Shown: positions 48,379 through 57,053 of the stretch, one piece after another | How the letters are laid out: every line of letters starts with the position of its first letter | Numbering within the stretch: the first letter of the stretch is position 1 | Virus record (IMG/VR): IMGVR_UViG_3300021093_000004 | Strand: one strand, 5' to 3' | Length of the DNA stretch: 64,000 nucleotides | DNA from: a virus | Taxonomy: Duplodnaviria; Caudoviricetes | The notes under the pieces: generated by a model | Databases searched by the model: none | What the model saw: the letters and a program-made list of their open reading frames with translations, nothing else | Told to the model about the DNA's origin: nothing | Position numbers and translations under genes: made by a program

Positions 48379-49079
48379 CCACGATATTCTTGTACTTTAG
48401 TATGGAATTTTTGCCATTCCTCTGATGTAATTTCGCGTTGCCATAGATTCTGACCATTTCTCCAAAGATAGCACGCAAGGAGTTCGTTTATCCAGAGAAA
48501 TCTCGAATTGGCCTGGTAATAAGACCGCATCCACCATTCCGCATCGCCTGCGGCTTTAAACGATTCATCAAATAATCCGATTTTATCGTGAACCGACCGC
48601 CTCCAGAGTGGGAAATGCCCGACCCCGGCTCTGTCGATGTCTCCAGTGAAATTCCCAGGTAGACCACCAACAGCATCAACATTGGTTAATTGGTGCCAAT
48701 TTTGGTTTGGGACATCTGTCGTGTACCAGCTTGGATAGGCGAAATCATAGGCCGAATCACTATCCAATTCTGCCATTAGTCTCGCATAACAAGTCGGTGC
48801 TACTAGGTCATCGGTGTTAGCGTTTGTAATATATTGGCCTGATGATTGTTGAATTATATAATTCCACGCTGCATAGACACTAATTCTTTCCTCTAATTTC
48901 ACATACTTCACTGGATATTGTTGCGGAATATCGTGATCACGCGGGTCTGGGCTGTTTGCATTGACACACCAAATCTCGCTTTGAGGCAAGACGGTGATTT
49001 GCATAAGATTGTCGAGGCGATTCTTTATCCATTCGCCGGAATTATACAGCGACACCATTATGACGAGTTTGGGGTGCAT
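48372..49079 (-). CDS. GT2 glycosyltransferase
   Basis: VSLYNS, AWNY, NANTDD, GDAEWW. Confidence 0.85.
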   Translation of the reverse strand: MHPKLVIMVSLYNSGEWIKNRLDNLMQITVLPQSEIWCVNANSPDPRDHDIPQQYPVKYVKLEERISVYAAWNYIIQQSSGQYITNANTDDLVAPTCYARLMAELDSDSAYDFAYPSWYTTDVPNQNWHQLTNVDAVGGLPGNFTGDIDRAGVGHFPLWRRSVHDKIGLFDESFKAAGDAEWWMRSYYQANSRFLWINELLACYLWRNGQNLWQREITSEEWQKFHTKVQEYRGC

Positions 49080-49080
49080 G

Positions 49081-49464
49081 CTATCGGTATTCCGTGTACG
49101 ACTTCTCCTCGACGATATTCGAGTGAAGTAGGTCGTTGATTTGTCTTTTGATCTTCGATCTCTCATCGTTGTTCAGATATACTCCACGTGCGAATTGCAC
49201 GAACTCATCTGAAAAATCTTTTCGCCTTTCACAATCCCTGATGCCATCTTCAATATCCCAGATGGTCTCGTTTATAATCTTCAATTGTGCCCGCAATTGA
49301 ATCAACTCATCTGACATCAGCAATGTAGCATATTTGGCCGATAGCAATTCTAATTCCGTCTGAACATTTTTCAGTTTCGCGGGGTCAGATATACGCTCTG
49401 CCTTTATTGCCAGGATAGTCAATTTATCGACGAGTTCGCCATACGAGACTGGAGCGTCAATCAT
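49081..49464 (-). CDS. DUF6165-like protein
   Basis: [17 protein letters not shown]...WDIED...NDERSKIK...EEKSY. Confidence 0.8.
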   Translation of the reverse strand: MIDAPVSYGELVDKLTILAIKAERISDPAKLKNVQTELELLSAKYATLLMSDELIQLRAQLKIINETIWDIEDGIRDCERRKDFSDEFVQFARGVYLNNDERSKIKRQINDLLHSNIVEEKSYTEYR

Positions 49465-50384
49465 TTGTCATACCAATCTATAGTTTTTAGGAGGCCGCTT
49501 TCAAGTGATGTTTTGGCTTTAAAACCAAATAATGCTTCTGCACGAGTGGTGTCTAGGCACCGGCGTGGCTGTCCGTCTGGGTAATTCGAATCCCAAATAA
49601 TCTTGCCATTGAATTTTGTGCGTTTGGCGATCATTTCGACGAGGGCTTTAATTGAGATTTCTGATTGTGTTCCCAGATTCACTGGTTCGTTGCCGTCATA
49701 CAATTCAGTGGCAGCAACAATGCCTTCAGCGGCATCTTCGACATAGAGAAATTCACGAGTCGCAGAACCGGTCCCCCAACAAGTGATCGATGGTGCCTTG
49801 GCGTCACGGGCTTCGATGCATTTTTTGATTAATGCTGGGATCACATGAGACGAATTGGGGTTGAAATTGTCTTTCGGTCCGTACAGGTTGACGGGTAGCA
49901 GATAAATGCTGTTGAATCCGAATTCTTGTCGGTATGCTTGCGATTGGACTAACATCATTTTCTTAGCTAACCCGTATGGTGCGTTTGTTTCCTCTGGATA
50001 TCCGTTCCAAAGATCCTCTTCCTTGAAGGGAACCGGTGTGTGCTTGGGATATGCGCAAATAGTACCGATTGCGACGAATTTCTCAATTGCTCGCCGTTTA
50101 GCGTGCTCCATCAGTAGAGCACCCATCATCAGATTCTTATAATAGAATGTGCCTGGCTTTTCTCGATTGATTCCGATGCCGCCCACAACGGCGGCTAGGT
50201 GGATCACGATTTCTGGTTTGAAGTCATCGTACATTCTTTCAACGTCGGCTTCTTGAGTCAGGTCGTAATTCGAAGACCTGATTACGATTGGGGATACGCC
50301 TTTTAGCTGCAACAAATCGCAAACATGTGATCCGAGGAATCCTGCTCCACCGGTAACTGCTATTCGTTTTCCGGCAAGATTCAT
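49461..50384 (-). CDS. fcl: GDP-L-fucose synthase
   Basis: [42 protein letters not shown]. Confidence 0.92.
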   Translation of the reverse strand: MNLAGKRIAVTGGAGFLGSHVCDLLQLKGVSPIVIRSSNYDLTQEADVERMYDDFKPEIVIHLAAVVGGIGINREKPGTFYYKNLMMGALLMEHAKRRAIEKFVAIGTICAYPKHTPVPFKEEDLWNGYPEETNAPYGLAKKMMLVQSQAYRQEFGFNSIYLLPVNLYGPKDNFNPNSSHVIPALIKKCIEARDAKAPSITCWGTGSATREFLYVEDAAEGIVAATELYDGNEPVNLGTQSEISIKALVEMIAKRTKFNGKIIWDSNYPDGQPRRCLDTTRAEALFGFKAKTSLESGLLKTIDWYDK

Positions 50385-50526
50385 GTGCGTCCCTCCGAGA
50401 ATATAATTGTCCGCGATTGTGATTATTTATATACGGTTTTTCCTTGCGTTGCTTTTGGCTATTGTTGAACGAGAGGCCCGAAGGCCGATATGACATAAAC
50501 GAGTGCCACGGAAGCGAAAGGAGAGC

Positions 50527-50820
50527 CTACGACAGGCCATCGAGACGGTCTTGAAGATCGTCGCGTTCTCTTTTGGTAGCTTCCAAATCGAATTCGATAT
50601 ATTTCAAATCCACTCCAAGGGTGGTCAATTCGTCTTTGACTTTAGCCCAAAATTTCACTACCTGCTGGTTTTGTTTGTCAATCGCGGCCAGTAAATGATT
50701 GAATTGGTCAGATATAGAGGTACGCATCCCTGGAGGTAATTCGTTGATCATCAGCCAGAGTATATGGATATGATATGCGGGATCGTCTAGATCGTCATGT
50801 TCGCTGTGGCTGCTTTGGCT
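50527..50820 (-). CDS. Hypothetical coiled-coil protein
   Basis: Part of ORF 50527-50916; probable start MDSQSS, approximate. Confidence 0.55.
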   Translation of the reverse strand, partial: SQSSHSEHDDLDDPAYHIHILWLMINELPPGMRTSISDQFNHLLAAIDKQNQQVVKFWAKVKDELTTLGVDLKYIEFDLEATKRERDDLQDRLDGLS

Positions 50821-50986
50821 GTCCATTTTTGATTGCGTTGAATACCTCTTGACGATGGACCGATACATCTCTCGGTGCTTCGACACCGATACGCACCTTG
50901 TCTCCCCGGATATCAACGATCGTTATCGTGACTGTGCCGTTACCGATAACGATCGATTCATTTTTCATGCGACTTAGTACTAACAT
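50795..50986 (-). CDS. csrA: Carbon storage regulator (RNA-binding)
   Basis: MLVLSR...ESIVIG...[28 protein letters not shown]. Confidence 0.95.
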   Translation of the reverse strand: MLVLSRMKNESIVIGNGTVTITIVDIRGDKVRIGVEAPRDVSVHRQEVFNAIKNGQPKQPQRT

Positions 50987-51092
50987 ATCTGTCCATCCTT
51001 GAGTAGGGTGAAAAACGCTGACGCCGGATCAACACGTCTTGACCCGGCGTCAGGCAATCTGGCATTCCGAATGTCGTGACCGGGAAGCACGA

Positions 51093-51923
51093 TTATTTCC
51101 TGCGTTGCTCGTAGCCGTCTTTCTGAAGCTTGGCACGAGCTTTTTCGAGATCGGCCACGGCGAACCACGGCTTCTCTTTCTTCGCACCCTTGACCGCCCG
51201 ATCGTGAAGAAATTCTTCGATGGGAAGCTGTTCGGAACTCTTGCCGAGCGTGCCGTTGTAGGTATTGAAGCAGAACTTCCGGGGGTGGGTACCGGTGAAT
51301 AAGATGGTATGGGCTTGGACATTGATTCGCTCGTGGTCGAATTTGATGTCCTTTCGGGTCCAAAGTTCGCAATGGTCGGATGCCGCAAGTGCGTCCAGAT
51401 CCACTGTGATCGGCTGACGGGCGACCTTCGGTGCCTTCTCAGCCTTGGGTTTCTCGTCGGCTGCGGGTTTTTCTTTCTTTTCCTTTTCAGCCTTCTTCTC
51501 AACAGCTTCTGCCATGGGTTTAACTCCTAACCAGTAAAGCTTGAACTGACCGTGTGACGGACACGTCAGATGTCCACTGACCGCAGTGACCATCTCGACA
51601 TAGTTACAATTTGGACAAACTGCACGGTACTTGCCTCCAGACTCAATTACCACTGCTTGTCCGCCGACGTTGACCGGAATGATTCGACGGAATTGGACCT
51701 TGACCTGCCGGGTCGTGCCCTTCTCTTTAAGGGTCACGTGACCCTTTCGATCGCTTCTTTCCGAATCAACTTCGTAGACCTCCTGCGAGATTCTACCATC
51801 AGAGCACAAAATACGTACTTCTGAATTCGGTTGAAAAGTAACTCGTCCACCGGTGTTAACAATCATTGGTTCGTGCTCCTTGGAGATGTGATATTCGACA
51901 ATCTCATGTGGCACGTGTTCCAA
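51093..51923 (-). CDS. Hypothetical protein with Zn ribbon and Lys/Glu-rich linker
   Basis: CPNC...CPSHG. Confidence 0.7.
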   Translation of the reverse strand: MEHVPHEIVEYHISKEHEPMIVNTGGRVTFQPNSEVRILCSDGRISQEVYEVDSERSDRKGHVTLKEKGTTRQVKVQFRRIIPVNVGGQAVVIESGGKYRAVCPNCNYVEMVTAVSGHLTCPSHGQFKLYWLGVKPMAEAVEKKAEKEKKEKPAADEKPKAEKAPKVARQPITVDLDALAASDHCELWTRKDIKFDHERINVQAHTILFTGTHPRKFCFNTYNGTLGKSSEQLPIEEFLHDRAVKGAKKEKPWFAVADLEKARAKLQKDGYEQRRK

Positions 51924-51990
51924 TGTCCGTTAACCCAAGAGGACTAATTTGTCACGAATTACAATACATGCGATGAACTCGTGACAATTG

Positions 51991-52266
51991 TTATTCATCG
52001 GAAAGCCGCAGGCCCTCCCTTAAGGCGGGATCGAAACGGTGCTGAAGCACAACGTCGGTCTTCTCAATATTGGGCATCCCTTTCTGCAAGCGACTCAGTG
52101 CCGCTTCCAGTTGATCCTGAATTACGGCCAATTCAGTGCTGCTCAATACCCCATGGCTCAATAATTCGACGACCATGCATGTTCGAGCATACCCACCGGT
52201 TTGCTGTACTGATCGATAATTTGGGGGGAATCCAGGGTATGGTAATTTACTCATCAGCATCTCCAC
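51991..52266 (-). CDS. Hypothetical protein
   Basis: 91-aa ORF. Confidence 0.55.
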   Translation of the reverse strand: MEMLMSKLPYPGFPPNYRSVQQTGGYARTCMVVELLSHGVLSSTELAVIQDQLEAALSRLQKGMPNIEKTDVVLQHRFDPALREGLRLSDE

Positions 52267-52645
52267 TGTGTCCGGTCAATCTCCGAACATATTCCTTGAT
52301 GATATTACCACCACGTTTAGAGAATAGCTGCCCCAAAAGCTTGAGATAACGTTCTTCTGTGATAATCCCCAACGTGAACATGCCAATCAAGTCATGATTT
52401 TTCTTACGTTGTTTGCATGCTTTGCAGACCGGAACTACATTGGCTGGAATATTTGGAGCATGATCTTTAAGGGGGAACGGGTGATCTAACGTATCTGGGT
52501 CGTTGCATTGGCAATACGCACATTTGTTCTCTTGCTCGGCAAGGATCTCGACGATGTCCTGAATCTCAAGATCGCTGTAAATATCTTGTCGCTTAGCACG
52601 ATAACGTGCTTGGCGAATCCAACTGCTGATTGTCTTATTATCCAT
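52247..52645 (-). CDS. HNH endonuclease-like protein
   Basis: CAYC...LDH.FP...NVVPVCKAC. Confidence 0.8.
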   Translation of the reverse strand: MDNKTISSWIRQARYRAKRQDIYSDLEIQDIVEILAEQENKCAYCQCNDPDTLDHPFPLKDHAPNIPANVVPVCKACKQRKKNHDLIGMFTLGIITEERYLKLLGQLFSKRGGNIIKEYVRRLTGHSGDADE

Positions 52646-52686
52646 GAGGAACTCCAATTGCGGAGTAAAAACGACAACGGATTCAG

Positions 52687-53685
52687 ATGATTGAGACAAC
52701 TGAAATTTTCGCGGCGTCGTTTAATCATTGTTCCACCGTCTGTCCACACCAAAATGGTGCCCTAATCGCGTGGTACTCTGGAATTAGCGAGTGTCACGAC
52801 GATCAAAGCGTACATCTTATATTTATTGGTCAAAATGGCTCCTCCGATATTGTACGGATTGGTGATAAAACTGGAAATCCGGTCCTTTGGAGATCCGGAG
52901 ACGACATATTTATATTGTGGTCGCGATTTGAAGACGATGGAGAAATTGTAAGATTGGCCGATAGGTGGAAATATTGTAGTTTATGGGTACAAAAAATCGA
53001 GATTGAAGACAAACCAGTATTGGTGGGAAAGCCTGAATGCATTGTCGGTAGTAATCATAATTTATTAGGCAGATGCCCGGTATTACATCGTAATAATCAA
53101 ATCTTATTACCATTATATGATGAAGTTGAGGGTACATGTGTCATATTAGATGGGACACGATTTACCGAACTATCAAGATTTGGTTCTGGACTGATTCAGC
53201 CAACGTTATGGACGAAATATAATAAGTTACACGCATTAAGCCGTAATTTCAGAACCCGCAAAATAAGAGCGCAGCATATTCAATCGAGCGATGGCAAGAA
53301 TTGGTTTCCATCCACCGATACAGAAATATTCAATGTAAACAATTCTTTGTGCGTTGTAAATGTGAGAAACTCAGAGGCAATTGTCTGGAATGATACCACT
53401 TCACGGTATCGAGACAAGCTGACATTGGGACTATTGAAGAATTACGGCTGTTTAGAGGCTATACCGGTTAGCGTGCTTGGCCCTAAATATGGGTCATATC
53501 CATTTTGTGCAGTAAGTGATGACCGATTACATATAACGTTCACCAATGTTCGCAAAAGGATCGAATATCATGTCTGGAAATGGGAAGATGTCACAGAAGC
53601 CTGTCGAAGAAATCTCGTTAGAGCTTCCGCCGACAGACGCAATCACGCACATTCCAGATCAAAAGCAGACGCCGAAATTCTTTGA
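52687..53685 (+). CDS. BNR-repeat / exo-alpha-sialidase family protein
   Basis: HCSTV..IAWYSG.SE, NPVL, QPTL, SSDGKNW, YGSYP. Confidence 0.75.
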   Translation: MIETTEIFAASFNHCSTVCPHQNGALIAWYSGISECHDDQSVHLIFIGQNGSSDIVRIGDKTGNPVLWRSGDDIFILWSRFEDDGEIVRLADRWKYCSLWVQKIEIEDKPVLVGKPECIVGSNHNLLGRCPVLHRNNQILLPLYDEVEGTCVILDGTRFTELSRFGSGLIQPTLWTKYNKLHALSRNFRTRKIRAQHIQSSDGKNWFPSTDTEIFNVNNSLCVVNVRNSEAIVWNDTTSRYRDKLTLGLLKNYGCLEAIPVSVLGPKYGSYPFCAVSDDRLHITFTNVRKRIEYHVWKWEDVTEACRRNLVRASADRRNHAHSRSKADAEIL

Positions 53686-53700
53686 AGACACGGTTGATTA

Positions 53701-54132
53701 TCATGTTTTCGAATCGTCTGACGAATATCCATCATCTGGACCCTCTTCTGGACCTTCTGCGGAAGACACACTCTCAGAAGATAAACCTTCCTGAAGTTGG
53801 TCTATAGCGTCTCCGAAATCTAACTGCTGACTATCAGCAACTTCTCCGTCCACGATGGTCGGATCTATTGCAATTGTGTGTAATTCTGGGCTGATCGCAG
53901 AAATGACTTGAAGCATGTCACATGCTTTTCGCGGACTATCGCAAATTTGAGTTAGCAAGTGTCGTCGGTCGCCGAATTCTCGCAATTTCACTTCCATAAA
54001 TTTGGCGAATTTCAATGATAATTCTGCATCGTAAAATATTGGCATTGTTGGAATACCATGATTCTCGTAACTAAAGAGTTTTTTAGTCACTGAGAATTCG
54101 CCGTAAGACAGCACGATTATTGGCAGTTTCAT
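53701..54132 (-). CDS. Hypothetical protein with acidic tail
   Basis: ORF 53701-54168; probable start MKLPII. Confidence 0.6.
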   Translation of the reverse strand: MKLPIIVLSYGEFSVTKKLFSYENHGIPTMPIFYDAELSLKFAKFMEVKLREFGDRRHLLTQICDSPRKACDMLQVISAISPELHTIAIDPTIVDGEVADSQQLDFGDAIDQLQEGLSSESVSSAEGPEEGPDDGYSSDDSKT

Positions 54133-54154
54133 GATTCGTATCCAAAAATAGTGT

Positions 54155-55495
54155 ATGAAGCTCCACACTATACATACCGACTCGTGCTCCAGACTACCGG
54201 CAGAGTTACGTACTCTTTTGAGGGAAGCCGTATCTCCGGCATCATTCGATTCTATCGATTTATCGGCACGTACGACGGCCTATCCATATTCATTATACTT
54301 CATCGATGCTGTAATCAAATCGCAAGTTTTAGGTGAAGCTGGTTCCAACCGTCTAGGATCATTATTAGGAGCCGGATTATCGAAGTTGCAATCGATGACA
54401 ACTCCGAATATTTCCAATGATACTGCGCCAATGTTGGCGATAATGGCACCCCAATCAAGCGTTGACTCTGTTCGACAACTGGTGGCAAACGCCGCACGTG
54501 TACCTAATATCCTCGACGACCAGAACTGGTTGTCTGAATTTTTTGCTGCCTTTGGGATTGATGATCCACAAGATCAAGATAATATTATCAACCAATTAGA
54601 GGCTGACGCTGGTGTAACGCCGAATGAACCCCAACCAGCACGACCAACCGCTACACAACCAACCGCTACACAACCAGCGGCAGCACAACCAGCGGCAGCA
54701 CAACCAGCGGCTACACAACCAGCGGCAGCACAACCAGCCGGGCTGCAGCAATTAAGTGGTGCAATAGGAGCCGAGAAAACTGCGACACAAAATTCTATTA
54801 ATAATATTAAGGCAACATTGGATTTAATTGCCACAAATCGTGTCAATGCTCAACAAGAACTCGCGAAAATAAACGCCAAAATCAAAGCACTTATGGCACG
54901 GATGGCTACACAGACACCACCTTCTGTAGCTACCGCGACCGAATCAATATTGAATCATATCGCTGGGCAACTGTTCGATGAATCGGTGGTGCAGCGAAAT
55001 CTCTACGTCATAATTCCAGAATCATTGCGGCAATTCGGGCAAGCTCATGGCGTTACTGTTGTCATAACAGAAGCCAATTGGGGACAGTTGGGCCAAAAAA
55101 TCGGCGGTTTCTTCAAGAAGATCCCCGGCATGGTCGGCAATGCGATTCGCGGTGGAGCGAGTGCTCTCAGAGGTATGCGGCATCTCGCAGCGAATCCACA
55201 ATATTCGACTCGAAAATTGGGCCAATGGCAATCTCAAAGCGACAGTACACGCCTCGCGAAATATGCGGTTCAATTGGCAGTTGACCATATCCAACAGAAA
55301 TTCACAACAACGTTACAGCAAGCTGGTTTAGATCCAGCAGAGACGTTGGCATTATATCCACAATGGCAGAAATTGAAACAGCAAAACGACGCATCTCCAC
55401 AATTCGTTGAGATGAGTCAAAAATTGGATGCTGCATATAAACTATTTAATCGGGATCAATCGCCATTTTTAAATTGGACTACCCAAGAAGTCTGA
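54155..55495 (+). CDS. Low-complexity Ala/Gln-rich protein, possibly virion-internal
   Basis: 446 aa with an (A/T)A(A/T)QP repeat tract. Confidence 0.7.
   Translation: MKLHTIHTDSCSRLPAELRTLLREAVSPASFDSIDLSARTTAYPYSLYFIDAVIKSQVLGEAGSNRLGSLLGAGLSKLQSMTTPNISNDTAPMLAIMAPQSSVDSVRQLVANAARVPNILDDQNWLSEFFAAFGIDDPQDQDNIINQLEADAGVTPNEPQPARPTATQPTATQPAAAQPAAAQPAATQPAAAQPAGLQQLSGAIGAEKTATQNSINNIKATLDLIATNRVNAQQELAKINAKIKALMARMATQTPPSVATATESILNHIAGQLFDESVVQRNLYVIIPESLRQFGQAHGVTVVITEANWGQLGQKIGGFFKKIPGMVGNAIRGGASALRGMRHLAANPQYSTRKLGQWQSQSDSTRLAKYAVQLAVDHIQQKFTTTLQQAGLDPAETLALYPQWQKLKQQNDASPQFVEMSQKLDAAYKLFNRDQSPFLNWTTQEV
54631..54740 (+). repeat. 15-nt coding repeats (AAAQP/TATQP pentapeptides)
   Basis: CAACC(AGCGG/AACCG)..ACA units, about 7 copies. 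Confidence 0.85.
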
Positions 55496-55706
55496 ATCTT
55501 CACAGCCACAGCAATCTGAATAGAGCCGTCTAAGGATTTTCATCACAGTAATGGGGCATTGATCGTTTTTACTGCTAGATCGACTGTAGCATCTACGAAT
55601 GTTACAAAGGCTATTGGATTCGATGAAAATAAGGAGCCAACGGTGTTATTTTATACGCAATCTGATTTGGCTGCAATGAGCCAACAGAGTGTCTTATAAG
55701 AGATTA

Positions 55707-56336
55707 TTAAAAATCGATTTTTATCCAATAGCAACCATGCTTTTGCAAATAAGCCATTGCATTATTACTAATTTTTGGTGATGCGATATATCCAATTGTT
55801 TTTATTTTATTCCCCTGAAATGATTCTAAATATCGCTGTAATTGAGAACAATGATTAAGAACAGCAGTCGTACGCTTTGCTTCTACAATATGGTACACAT
55901 TGTTTGTGTCGATTCCTAAGAAATCGATAGGCCCTAAATTACTTTGATATTCTGTATAAATGAGTTCCAATTCAACATCAAAATAATCATACCAATTGTC
56001 AAATAATTTTTGAACAAGATCTTTTTCTGTTTTTGTAATTGACACAGAATTATCTGACCAATTTAATAATGGTGTATATGATAATATGTTGTGAATGATA
56101 ATTGTTATAGTTTCAGACTTACGCCTTGATATCAGGCTGTTTCCATTGTATTCAAGCTTCGCACCTGGCCCCTGATAATTGCAGGGCGGATTTTTGGTTG
56201 AACTATGAATTAATAATGTTCCATCTGATTTATGAATGATCAGATATTGACCGCGTTCGAGCGAGGAATCGGCTCGCCCCGAATAATATACTTCACATTC
56301 TGCATATAATACCAACGCTGATTTTGGGTCGATCAT
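55707..56336 (-). CDS. nucS: NucS/EndoMS mismatch endonuclease
   Basis: YSGRADSSL..IIHKSDGTLLIH..P.NYQ N-domain; EY...GPIDFLGID, IVEAKR, QLQRY. Confidence 0.85.
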   Translation of the reverse strand: MIDPKSALVLYAECEVYYSGRADSSLERGQYLIIHKSDGTLLIHSSTKNPPCNYQGPGAKLEYNGNSLISRRKSETITIIIHNILSYTPLLNWSDNSVSITKTEKDLVQKLFDNWYDYFDVELELIYTEYQSNLGPIDFLGIDTNNVYHIVEAKRTTAVLNHCSQLQRYLESFQGNKIKTIGYIASPKISNNAMAYLQKHGCYWIKIDF

Positions 56337-56340
56337 GACC

Positions 56341-56769
56341 TTATTTATGTTCTTGATTCTGTGGGTTGACCGTAGCTTGGAATCTGCTTAAGATGTGTCC
56401 CACACCTTCAGAACCAGCACCCACAACAAACATCCACACGATTGTCTGGCCTTCGGTTTTATCAAAGTGACTAGCATTGAGCCATAAAATAAAGCACAGC
56501 GTCACCATGTAAATCCCTAACCGCAGCATATTCCACATTGGATGTACTGGCGTTGCCGTTTCTTTTTTGCGAGCGGTATTGAATAATTGTCCAATTCCTT
56601 CTGCACTTCCACCAGCCAGAAACATTAAAACAATAGTGCGTATCTCAGTCTCATCGAAGCTAGAGGCATTGAGCCACAATACAAAGCTCAATGCCATCAT
56701 ATAAATGCACAGCCTGATTAATGACCACAACGGGTGAAGTGGGTCTTTGGCATGCTCGATGAAACTCAT
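56341..56769 (-). CDS. Membrane protein made of two tandem two-TM modules (holin-like candidate)
   Basis: HPLWSLIRLCIYM...WLNASSFD.TE..TIV.MF appears twice. Confidence 0.7.
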   Translation of the reverse strand: MSFIEHAKDPLHPLWSLIRLCIYMMALSFVLWLNASSFDETEIRTIVLMFLAGGSAEGIGQLFNTARKKETATPVHPMWNMLRLGIYMVTLCFILWLNASHFDKTEGQTIVWMFVVGAGSEGVGHILSRFQATVNPQNQEHK

Positions 56770-56776
56770 GCAACAC

Positions 56777-57046
56777 TTATACCTCAGCCACGCTTTCGAC
56801 CGGGTTGGTTGTATACCAACCGTCAGCATTTACCGGTGGCAATCGTAAGAACTCTTGCTGGCCATGCTTTGATCCGGTGGCCCGACCAGAACCGAGAGAT
56901 AGTTGAGCGGCTTCCGAACCCGGAATCAGCGACAAAGCTTCATCCACTGTGACTCGTGTCTTGTCCGCTGGCTTGTTATGTGGAACTTGGACGAATCCGT
57001 TAATGACAGGCCAGGAACGATAAATTCTAATGTCAGTGAGTGCCAT
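56777..57046 (-). CDS. Hypothetical protein
   Basis: GAGG RBS, 89 aa. Confidence 0.6.
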   Translation of the reverse strand: MALTDIRIYRSWPVINGFVQVPHNKPADKTRVTVDEALSLIPGSEAAQLSLGSGRATGSKHGQQEFLRLPPVNADGWYTTNPVESVAEV

Positions 57047-57053
57047 GGTTTCC

